A DNA stretch of 64,000 nt from Guillardia theta CCMP2712 (Eukaryota > Protista > Cryptophyta), in assembly GCF_000315625.1 (NCBI RefSeq), contig NW_005434670.1:1070258-1134257 (forward strand), given 5' to 3'. The notes under the pieces were generated by a model, which did not search any database, was not told the DNA's origin, and worked only from the letters and a program-made list of their open reading frames with translations. This document shows, piece by piece, positions 10,406 through 21,026 of this stretch (position 1 is its first letter; each line of letters begins with the position of its first letter). Made by a program: the position numbers and the translations under genes.

Positions 10406-11634
10406 TCAATCCAGCAGCTCTAGGTCATAACCAACTGCAAAGTGGCAACTTCCTGTCACGATCCTCTTCTCCTGCAGTGTATCAAGCGGATCACGGTTAT
10501 CCTTACGGCAGTCAGATACGTTCTTCCGCTCCCTCCCCTGGTTGGATCTCATGCTCGATAAACCCAGTCCAGCAGCGAACTCGTCGAAGGTCATCCTAGC
10601 GGGGGCTAGCTTGAAGATGACGATCATCTCTTTCCTGAAGACCTCATTGAGCTTGTGATTCTTCGATCTGTTGATGATGGATCAGATCTCATATCTCCCA
10701 CAGCTGAGGGGGGAAAGCTGATCCCACCTGATCTCCTCGCAACTGAACCAGGGCTTGATGCCCTGCATGAACAGTCCCTCGATCCTTTCCGAGCGATGAG
10801 AAGCGGAGATGTAGATCTGGGGGAGCTCCTCCTATAACGATGGGGAGAGGATGTCACTGACTTCATCCTCCTCGTTGCTTCCACTAGACAAGCACCTCAC
10901 TCATGTTCTTCAAGGGTTTCCTCCTCCTGGCGTGCAAGCAGCAGAGGGTACGGAGGGTTCGGATCAGCGGCTCAACAATCTCCTCCTGCCGCAAGTGTGA
11001 GAAGGTAAGAGGAGAATGGTAATATCGGAATGTCACCTCATAGAAGACATCTGACATGATGATGAAGTCGAACGACTCATCCTTCATGAGCGCGATCGCC
11101 TCCTCGCCATGGTTCCAGTCCAGGGTAATCGCCTCGATCGGCCGCGCGTCAAGCTCGAGGGAGTCCGAGTTCAACAGGATGTTGCCGTGCAGCAGAGATA
11201 TCATGCACTCCTTGTCGCTCATGACCACTCTCGCCGCCCCTTTGACGGACAGCGTCAACCCCAAGTATCCTGTGCCCGCCGCTAGCTCCAGCACTCTGCT
11301 CTCCGCGAGTACCTCGGAGAACTCTGCAAGCATGAATCGCCCCAGCGCAATGGCTCCTTTCCAGACGTCTCCTCCTGTGTCTGTCAGCCTGTCAGTCCTG
11401 CATGCGGCATCGAGAGCGAGGCAGCGACTTCACCTTCGAGCAGGAGCTTTGTGTTGGTCATAATCTTTATGCCACCAGGGAATGAGCGGACCCCCAAGTT
11501 GCGAGGAGGGATCTTGAGCGCGCCCTCCATGTCCGCGTCTTCCCATGCTGAGCTCATGCCTTGCTACCAGCCATGCTCTCCTCCTCTTCTCCCATGCAGT
11601 CGCGCCATTCCTGGAGGTACCTGACAGGCACCAT
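10406..11634 (-). CDS. Seven-beta-strand protein methyltransferase, METTL21/Methyltransf_16 family (multi-exon; ends approximate)
   Basis: Spliced EGGDVWKGAIALGRFM, motif I VLELAAGTGYLGL, VVMSD, LDWNH and FDFIIMSDVFY (DxxY motif typical of this family). Confidence 0.85.
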
Positions 11635-11933
11635 GGCGCCCAGGGGCAGCGGCGTCAGTTAATTCCCTGTCCTGCTATTAAAGCTGCTGTCCCGGCCATG
11701 GAGAATCTTGGAGCGATCCTCAGACGAGAGGGAGGGAGGGGAGGGGAGGGACAAGAGGCTAGGGGAGAGCAGGGGAGAGACGAGGGAAGGTAGAAGATGC
11801 ATGCAGAGGAGGGAGCGGAAGGCAGAGGAGGCAGAGGAAGGCAGAGGAAGGCAGAGGAGGTTGAGAGCACGAGAGTGGTTGGGTCGCATGAAAGCATGCA
11901 GTTGTGGACGAGCCTAGAAGATGCGATGGACTG

Positions 11934-13447
11934 ATGGACTCGGGAGGAGGGACCTTTGAGTGGAGGAGCAACGACGCCCTGCCGCGGTCCTCCCGATGCC
12001 AACACGACATGTCACTCGGGCAGTCGGGTACTCAGAGTCTGTATGAATGTCCCAAGTTCGTTCCGTTCCAGCTCTTGGCCCAGGTACAGCAGTTGTTGTT
12101 GGACAACGTGGATGGACGGAGAGGATTTCAACATGAAGCCTTCAAGTTGTGTCTGCGGAGATCGGAGCTGATGAGCGTGTTGAAGGACATGCGACGGGAA
12201 GGAAGCAGATCGAGGCAGGACAGGGACAGCAGGGACTTGGCCAACTCATGGCCGAACGTTGTGGATGTGAAGCATGTGTTTGCTGCTGCTCTTCCTTTCC
12301 TGGAGAGCGATGTGGTGATGGCGAGATTGAACATCACTAGCAGCAAAGAATCATTGGAAGAAAGAGCGTTGATATGCCTTCAAACTCGAGTCAAGGCTCT
12401 TTTCCTGCTGCACTGCGTGTTTTATTCGCAGACTGCAGTCAAGAAAGAGCCCATCCTCCTCACCCCTGCTTCCTGGCGGCATGTTCTCGACCTCTGTCAA
12501 CTAGCCCATCAGCTTCAAGAGAGGAGATCAGCTGCGCTACAAGTCAAGAGCTGCCATACTGGCGACTGGTCGTCGGTTATCTTGCGCGGGGAGGATGCAG
12601 ACATGAGCGATTTCTGCTCTGCATTTCGCATGCTGTACATGGCTGGGGCGATGCGCTTTGCTGCAGTGCCTGCCGCCATGAACGCGAGCAACTACAGGAG
12701 ATGGGTGAATCAGGTAGACGGCAACTTGTTGCATGCGTTAGGAATACGACTTGAGTACAAGCGCGAGCAAGCCTCCTCTTCCTCCCTCCCTCCCTTCCTC
12801 CCTCCCCCTCCTTCTCCGTGGTTTTGCCCTCCTTCCTGCTTTCTCCTTGTGCCGTTAATCTTGTCTTCTCGGGTATTGATTGCAATGATGAAACAGGAGG
12901 CAGAACAAGACCAAGTTCCTGAGAGAGAGCAGAACAACGCTGAAACAATCTCGAAAGGATTCAAAATGGCCGAGCAAGTTCTTGAGGGTTATGTCATCAT
13001 CTTTCAACTTCCTGCTCGACCTGTCTGATCTCTTTCCAGATCTTCACGCAGGACGCGATCTAGAGACCTCGAGGCTGTAAGATTGCGTTCTGATGTTGAT
13101 CGTGCCATCACCATCTCTCTTGTTGCCATGCTGCCCTCCCCCATGCTGACGTCACCGCTGTCACATTTGACGAGGCTGACAACAGCTTGCAATGGCAGGG
13201 AGGAGGCAGTAAACAAGTACTGTGAAGCCAAGAACCAGGTTGATCCAAAATCTTGTGAGGGCGAGGTGATGACTTTTACCTCCAGCTGAAGGAGGAAGGC
13301 GAACTCGTTCCCTTCTATCTTGAGTCGAAGATAGCAGACTATCTGCAGGTCAACTGTTCTCAACCCCATCCATCATCTATTCCGTTTCTTCTCTCCTGTT
13401 CATGTTCTTCTCTCCTGTTCACGTTTCTTCTCTCCTCCTCCTCCTCC

Positions 13448-13483
<36 letters not shown>

Positions 13484-14486
13484 CCACCACCACCACCACC
13501 ACCACCACCACCACCACCACCACCACCACGTTTCTGACTGATCGAGATAGGACACTCTCAAGAGGTCAGAGGTTGAGGCTCCAAGGAGGAAAGGGACAAA
13601 GAGGAAGGAGGCAGAGGAGCCTGAAGAAAGGAATCTTGACCTGCTCGACTTGTCTCTACCCGATCAACAAGATTCATCGCGATGGGAAGAGCTTTTGAGG
13701 ACGGTGAAGCAGCGAATGGAAGCTTACAGGGAGGAGGAGAACCAGGGGGGGGGTATCTCTTCTGCCCCCGCACCTCCCCTTGCTCCTCCTCCTCCTCCTC
13801 CTCCTGCCTCCGATCTCTCGCTCCCTACCTTCTCCCATCAAGACCAGCAGGCTCATCTTCCGCTCCCAGTGCCCCTGGAGGCTGTGAACTTGCCCGAGGA
13901 GGAGAGGATGAGCAGGGAGCTGGAGGCAGAGCTGGAAGAAGCGCTGGCTGAGGAGGAAGCGGAGGAGGAGGGGAGCAGGAGGAGAAGGGAAGAAGCGAAC
14001 AAACGACGGGTGCACGCCAGCACGCATCAAGGAGCAGGAAGCAGAAGGAGGAGGCAAGAGGAGGCGGTGGAGGTCGCGAGGACAAAGAAAGTGGAGAGCA
14101 GAAGGAAAGGAGGAGAAGAGACGAGAAAGGCGGAGGCGGGGAAGAGGAAGAGACCGGAGCAGGAAGCAAAAGGAAGGAAGAAGCCTCAACGGATTGCAAG
14201 CAGCAGGGGAACGCGAACGAGGAGGAGACGAGGAGACGAGTGGGAAGAGGAGAGGTGAGTTGATCCTCCTTGCTGTGCCGGTCGCTCATGCAAGTACAGG
14301 TTGTCGGAGGAGGAGCAAGAGAAGGAGCAGGCGAGCCAGAGCGAGAGGTTCAGGACGGGAGAGACTGTGTGGACGGAGGAAGCAGTGAAAAGCTTCTTGG
14401 AGCTGACTAGGAGGATGGACTTGACCAGGAAGTGCTTCCTTGCTGCTCTGCCCACCCCTGCTGCCCTGCTGCGGGAAGACGGTTGA
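11934..14486 (+). CDS. SNAPC1: snRNA-activating protein complex subunit 1-like (SNAP43 domain) with a long low-complexity, charged C-terminus (3' end approximate)
   Basis: LQTRVKALFLLHCVFYSQ..KKEPILLTPASWRHVLDL...DFCSAFRMLYMAGAMRFAAVP resembles the recalled SNAPC1 core (FQIRVGALYLLYGLYNTQ..KIRVALKDW...DAAYIFRKLRLDRAFHFTAMP). Downstream exons include 13650-14253 and 14300-14486. Confidence 0.7.
13433..13529. repeat. Compound (CTC)n(ATC)n(ACC)n microsatellite, probably intronic
   Basis: Directly visible trinucleotide runs. Confidence 0.95.
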
Positions 14487-14646
14487 CAGCAGGAGAAGAG
14501 TTGAGACGGAGGAGACTGACGGAGAGCAGAGGGACAGAAGCTTGTAAAGGAGGAGGGAGGAGGGAGGAGAGAGGGAGGGAGGATGGTGGTGGTGGATGAG
14601 GGAGGAGAAGGATGAGGACATGGATTCATTAAACGAGTAGGAGGCG

Positions 14647-15983
14647 TCATGAGCGGTCCAGCTCCTCGGAACCCGCGAAGACGGACGGGAGGATCTGTAT
14701 GTGACGAGCGTAACGATGAACGAAGAGCGCGAGCCTGCCGCAGCAATGAGGAGGAGGAGACAGACAGCAGAGGAGGAGGGAGGGAGGGAGGAGGGAGAAC
14801 AAGACAACTGGAGGATGGACAAAGCTATCACCTTCCCTTGACCAGAGACAACTCGTCCTCTCCTTGCAGTGAAAGTCAGGGTGTCGGAGGGGAGACCCAG
14901 GAGGAAGAGGAAAGTAGCGGACAAGGAGCGGGAAAGGGTGACAGTGGAAAGAGGGGGAAGAATATCATGGGAGGAGAGGAGAATAAAGAGTCGGCACAGG
15001 CGATGGTGCGAGGATGAGCAAAAACAGGAGCAGAAGCAGAAGCAGGAACGAGGAACGAGGAATGGAGGAGGATAGGAAGCGGAGAGAGTTTTACCCTCAA
15101 TGAAGTTTTCAAAGGTGATGAGATCCTGGCGGAGAGGAAGCGAGAGCGAGAGGTGAGCGTTGGCAACCTGTAGGAAGGGAGGAGAACAGGGGAAGGAGCA
15201 AGGAAAAGTCAGCAGATGATGGAGTTGATACTCGGCTGAGATGGAGAAGAAAGGAAGGAGAAGAGAAGGGAGAGGAGAGGAGAGGAGAGGAGAGGAGAGG
15301 AGAGGAGAGGAGAGGAGATCAAACGAAGAAACACTTACAACTTGAAGAATCTGAGCGTCGGTGAAGGACACTTGCTAGAGAGCACAAGTCAAGAATCAAA
15401 CCAATTTACAAATAGAAAAGTCTACTATAAAGCCCTTCCCACCCTCCTCATCATCATCCTATCACCCCCTCCACACCATTCTCCTCCTCCTCCTCCTCCT
15501 CCACCACGGACACGCGCGCCCAATAACGACCTGAAGGTGACTGAGCTGCTGGAGCATTTGAAGACGTCGCTAAACAGCTTCGAGGCGTCGCTTGCCGAAA
15601 AGGATGAGCGCGACAAGGCAGCGACGTCGAGCTTCGAGGCCGAGCTGTCAGCGGCAAAGAAGGGAGCTCATCGCCTCTTGCCTGTCGCCCAGCCCNNNNN
15701 NNNNNNNNNNNNNNNNNNNNNNNNNNNNNNNNNNNNNNNNNNNNNNNNNNNNNNNNNNNNNNNNNNNNNNNNNNNNNNNNNNNNNNNNNNNNNNNTGCTC
15801 TCCTCCTCTTATCTTCTCCCTCCTCACCTGTAGCTGACACTCCATTCCATCTCTCGTGCAGGACGTAAGGAGCTTATTGAAGACCTGAATCACTCCATTC
15901 AGGAGTAGAGCATAAGAACTGGAGCAGGACGATAGAGTTGCATTATCAGCAGGAGGAAGAAGAACAAGACGAAGACAAGGTCC

Positions 15984-16022
<39 letters not shown>

Positions 16023-18194
16023 TCGAGGTCGAGGTCGAGGTCGAGGAAGAGGAAGAGGACGAGGACGAGGTCGAGGACGAGGTCGAGGACGAGGAGTAGC
16101 AAGAGGAGCAAGGAGGAGAAGCAGCGCCAACCTTATTCGCTCCAACTCTGGCGACCTCATAGCAGAGATGAGGATACAACTCCTCGCCGGGCAGGAGAGT
16201 GAGGCCGAAGACAACGAGGAAGCTGATCAACTGAGCAGCCTGCAGAAGAAGTAGGGAGGGAGGAGAGCCCCAGGAAGAGGGAGAGGGAGAGGGAGAGGGA
16301 GGAAGGGAAAGGAGGGTCACTTGAAACTCAAGGATCACAGCTGACAGACTTGGATCAGGAGTGAGTTGGCAGTTTGCGGGCCCATGGCTTCTTGTACTGC
16401 TTCTCGTGACAAGTATGTCAACAGACGAAGGCAAACCTAGAAAGATTTCTCAGCTCGAGTGCGAGAAGCTTGTCAAAGATGTCAAACTTGAATGAGTAGC
16501 TTGACGTCGATGATGTCATGTATGCTGGAACTTCCCCCATAATTCTTGACGTAGCACAGAAGTCTGTGCAAGATCTGTAGACAGAGGATGTGTAAGGTGG
16601 AATAGATGAAGACGATGGTGATAAAAGTGTTGAATATTAGATGGAAGAGAAGGGAAGAAAGAGGAGAAGGGAAGGAGGGAAGATAAGGCTATCAGATTGA
16701 GGATGAATGGCGATGCAAGTCTTTGCTCCGGAACATGTGTTTGCCCTTCTCTCAAAGATAACAGTGGTAGAAGTTTTGTCAGACCTTGAGACAGGAGTCG
16801 TAAAGTTTGGTCTGGTTGCTCCATCAGTGCCGAAATCATCCATCCTCAATCAACTCACATCAAGAGCAAGCTTCATGTTGTTTGACATGAACTTCAAAAC
16901 AATCTGCGACATGACCCCCATGGCTGTCAAGTTGTTGACCTGATGCAAACATCGTCATCGGCACTATCAAATCTGCTCTACATGATCACACCTCCTTGTA
17001 ACCTTTAGATGGATCAAGATCCTTGTCGGTGCTGAACATTCTGGACCAGAGTCATCAATCCTCTGCTGATTGCACATCGCAAGAGCATGTACCTGTGCGT
17101 CGACTTGGCGCTTCTTGACCAGCACGCGACGAACTCTGCTTCCTCGCAGAGGACAACGAGCGAGCGGAGGAGGACGTGGCACTGAGGTTAGAGCAAGATA
17201 AGGAACTTCGATAAATAGGCACAAACATGATCGCACATGAAGACTTGCTTCCCCTTCCGGGGAGTGCAGCAGCAGGGAAAGATACGTCAAGCATGTCCCT
17301 ACGACCAGCGGCAACCCATCTTCGTCTGGTTGATTCGAGCAGAGGTAGAGATGTCAGGAGTGGAACGAAAGAAAGCAATGCAGGAGCAAACATGTAGATC
17401 ATGAACATGAGCAGCACTTGGAGCATTCAAGATTCATAGCGTTGAAAATGCACAAAGATAACTTTCATCTCCATCACGTTACAACATCCGCAACTGTCGT
17501 CCTCTCCATCATCACCTCTGATGCTTCCTTCAGCCGCTCCTCCCCTTTGCTCCGCAGCTGCGTCAGATTTCATCGCTTCGACCATGACAAGCCGATGGCG
17601 GGTGGAGATGTAGTAGAACAACAGGGTGAAGGCAGAAGAGTAGCAAAGCTGAACATGTCATGAGGTGCATTTTTGCCACATGCAGAATAAACTCTCACTT
17701 GCCCTCCATTCAGGACTCCCTTGTCAGACAACAAGTCTCCGACTTCTCTGCAAAAAACAGATGACATGATATTCAACATGATCAAATCTATCAAGTTTAC
17801 TTGGCATCCGTGTGTACCACAGAGCTCCAAAGAAGAATTCCTTCCACCAAGTTTGTCTTCCACAAGCATCAGAACCAGAAGCAATCGCGCGCGCGTACCT
17901 TTCTGTAACGAGACATCAGCATGTTGTGCGATGAAATGTCGCCGATGACCGACATCGTCTCCATCCATGCCCTGACACACCGTCATCATCGGATCGAACT
18001 CGACCTGCTCCGCCCTCACATCACGGATGGGGAGTCGTCGATTCCATCTCCGACAAGCTTGCCACCCGCCTGAGTAAGAATTTGTTTCAGCTGCATCATG
18101 GGGACCTACCATTGTTGACATGGACCAGCGTCATACAAAAAAGAATCGATGTCAACAACGTCGTGGTCGTCGTCGTCATCATCGTCATCATCGT

Positions 18195-18242
<48 letters not shown>

Positions 18243-19450
18243 GATCATCAACTCACAGTGATTGAGGTGTTGTACGACAAGTTGTGGAGGCCAGTCGAGA
18301 TTAAGAGGGCAGTTGCGTCCAACGACACACAATGTCTGAATCTCTTGAACCGAGTGAGGAACTTCGACAGGACTGTAGAGACCCCTCCCTCCCACAGCCA
18401 CTGATTGATAATTGCATCCTGCCATCCGTCACGCTCGACATCTCCCGACCTCCAACAGAAACCTCTTTGTTTGCTCCCATGCACACGAAGACGTTGAGCA
18501 GTTTGAGGCACAGGATGGCCTCAAAGTTCTTGTCAGAGTGAGAGTCTAACTTTCGACAGGCCTGCGATATGATCGTTCGGACAAACTGTTCCCCTTCGTG
18601 GTCTCCTCCCATACAACCCATCATCTCGCTCAACCTGATCTGTTTCACCCGGACCTCTGAAAGAGCACAACACAGTAACTGCATTGCTCGGCAAGGCGGC
18701 AGCACCTGCGCAATAAAACGTGAGAGGAGACGAGATAGTTGGAGGGGATGATCGAAAGCAGGAAGTAGAAGTAATTGCAGAGGTGGAGGAGAAATGAGCG
18801 AGGCAGAGACTGAGGATGAGGATGAGGATGATGAGGATGAGGATGATGAGGATGAGGATGACAGGGATAGAGCAGAGGGCCCGAGGTGATCGGACAAGGG
18901 AGGGGACAGAGAACGAGTTACCCTTGAATCGCGTAGGACGAGCAGGCATTCTGTCAGGAGGTCCTTGATTCGAACAAGAAAGGAAAGGAATGTCTCTCTC
19001 GACAGATCCTTCATGAGCTTGTCGATGAAGGAGATAGGAACAGGCTCTCCGAAAAGGTCTTCCCTCATGCTCATCCAATCCACTGGGGGAGGTGGTTGTC
19101 AATGAAAAAGGTCCTCAACATCCAGCAGTTCACCATTCTTCTCTTCGTGATCTCGAACTTCACCGAGCAGCACGAGCAGCTTGCCATCGCCTGTTCATTA
19201 CATCACGATCTCACCACATGTTTGGAATCGCCTTCTTGCTTACTTTTTTCCTGCAGCAACTCCAGAAACGCCTCATCCTGCCTCCAGATTTCAAACCCAC
19301 ATAGGCCAACTCGCTCAAGCGCTACCGTTGCAAGGGAAGCATGGAAAGAGCTCAGGATACCGTTGTGCTCCGTTGCTCCGGGAACAGGCGACAACTCCAG
19401 CTTTGCCATCCTCTGCGGACACCTCAATAGTTACAATGGAATGACTGACA
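14647..19450 (-). CDS. ARMH3: ARMH3/C10orf76-like armadillo-like helical protein (DUF1741 C-terminus); many exons, 5' end uncertain, spans the N gap
   Basis: Exon peptides resemble recalled ARMH3 segments: AILCLKLLNVFVCM (SLCLKLLLCLV); LISFLVVFGLTLLPGEELYPHLCYEVAR ([27 protein letters not shown]); SFTDAQILQVVANAHLSLSLPLRQDLITFENFIE ([33 protein letters not shown]). Last exon ...FAGSEELDRS* with stop at 14649-14647. Confidence 0.72.
15268..15316. repeat. (AGAGG)n microsatellite in an intron of the ARMH3-like gene
   Basis: Visible pentamer run next to the minus-strand gtaagt donor at 15338. Confidence 0.9.
15696..15795. other. Assembly gap (100 N)
   Basis: Run of N characters. Confidence 1.
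15984..16095. repeat. (GAGGAC/GAGGTC)n hexamer microsatellite, intronic
   Basis: Visible tandem hexamers between minus-strand exons. Confidence 0.9.
18161..18240. repeat. (CGT/CAT)n followed by (CAG)~15 microsatellite, intronic on the minus-strand gene
   Basis: Visible trinucleotide runs. Confidence 0.9.
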
Positions 19451-20287
19451 ACCAAGATACTCGAATGACTGACATCTCATCGGACTGTTGGGAGTATCTC
19501 TTTCATTCTCATTTCAATTCACGGAACTTCCCTAATCGGTCTGCGAAGCCTTTTGACCGGTTTGTATTCAGCACTATCGTAACCCCAGTCGTTGAGTGCA
19601 TATTCTCGACCTGAGAAGCTGCCTCATACTGTACGACTACCGAAAACTGGATCTTGTCTCATTCGCTGTTCTCTTCCTTTCCCTTCTACTCACTCGTTCT
19701 TCTCTCCTCCGACCTTCTCCCTCCGCTTCTCCCTCCTCTCGCCTCCTCTCGCCCTGCTGGTGTTCACATTTCCTTTACCCGTCTGCCCTCATCCCCTCAC
19801 AGCCCCACTGTGCCCTCATCCCCTCAGCACCCCCTTCCTTCTTTCTTTCCCTCGTCCCCACATAGCCCAGTACATTAACCAGGCCAGCCTCAGATCACAC
19901 TACCTCTCGCCGCGTGACCGCATCTGACTTCTTCAATGGATAAAATTTTATTAGTATTTTCATTTTTATATATACACTATATAACGTCATATATGATTAT
20001 AAACGACTCTTTACTACACGACCAGTGACCCCTTGGCACACGGATACACCGCAGTAAACACGAAAGTCCCATGATACAGCCGTGCATGTGCCATGCTGAC
20101 AGAGGGGTTGCTGACAAATTAACACCAATAGAAGGCTATGTCACGCGGTCTAGCAACACAACGCCCGTCATCAAACCATGGAAAGCCTACTTTTTCGAAT
20201 TATTTGAAGAGTAGTCATGTATTGATCATGGTATTTGTTTCGAAAAGATATCTTTTCAACTGCAGTTAGCTCCAGGAGGCCAACGAG

Positions 20288-20952
20288 GTGACACGTTCCA
20301 CCCCCTCCGCACCTATAAAACAGGAACAAGCAACACAAGCAGAAGCGCGAAGGCAAAACCAACACACAAGCGAAAGCCGTAGGCAGAAGGAGCGGACAAG
20401 GACAAGGACAAGGACAAGGACAAGGACAAGGACAAGGACAAGGACAAGGAAGAAGTCAAAGAGGTATAGAGAAGGTCAAAGAGAATTCGGGTGAGAGGAA
20501 AGTTCAAGAACAGAACAAAGAGCACAACAACGATGACGACTTGTCACTCGCCGATGGCTCGAAACGACGATAGCTACGAATCGTGCAAAAATGCTCCAGG
20601 TGGTTTAGCAGGTCCAGTGCCATGCACATGTGGGCATGGAACATGTGCTATACTGGGATTTTGCATTAGAGAAAAGAGCCGGTCACTACCACGAGAAGGG
20701 CCCGCTAGCCCTGTAGAGCGAGACAGGTTAAAGTTGCTGTGTGAGTCACAGTCAAGCTTCAAGGTCCTACATGTCAGTGAAACTGAGGAGCTGCACGAAG
20801 TAGAGGAAATCATCCAGGACAAGTTTAAAATCAGCAGGACGATTATTGACGAGCAATCGAACCTCGCGCACCAGGACGTTGCGATGAATGTTTCTAGGAA
20901 ATCTTGCAATCCTCGGAGCTCTGAAAAGGTTCACCAAGAGAAGCATCGATGA
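20288..20952 (+). CDS. Hypothetical spliced protein (boundaries approximate); contains a (GACAAG)n run at ~20395-20448
   Basis: Exon-like frame to 20952 (CTCGHGTCAILGFC...LKLLCESQSSFKVLHVSE...EIIQDKFKI). No family assigned. Confidence 0.4.
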
Positions 20953-21026
20953 TCTCGGATTGTACAAAAGTGTAATTTAGTGTTTGATTGTTATAAACAG
21001 AGAAGCCCCATGAAACATGGCCTTGA

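Noticed and set aside
14832-14865. SH3-like motif GEDELSLVKG
   Set aside because: It is a tiny exon that splices into the ARMH3-like C-terminal helix; the rest of an SH3 domain is absent.
15342-15833. Plus-strand coiled-coil-looking ORF (LLEHLKTSLNSFEASLAEK)
   Set aside because: It overlaps the minus-strand ARMH3-like gene, whose exons lie on both sides; probably an antisense shadow, although the N gap limits certainty.
18120-18404. PolyQ/polyH protein on the plus strand
   Set aside because: Antisense to ARMH3-like exons; the CAG run falls in a minus-strand intron.
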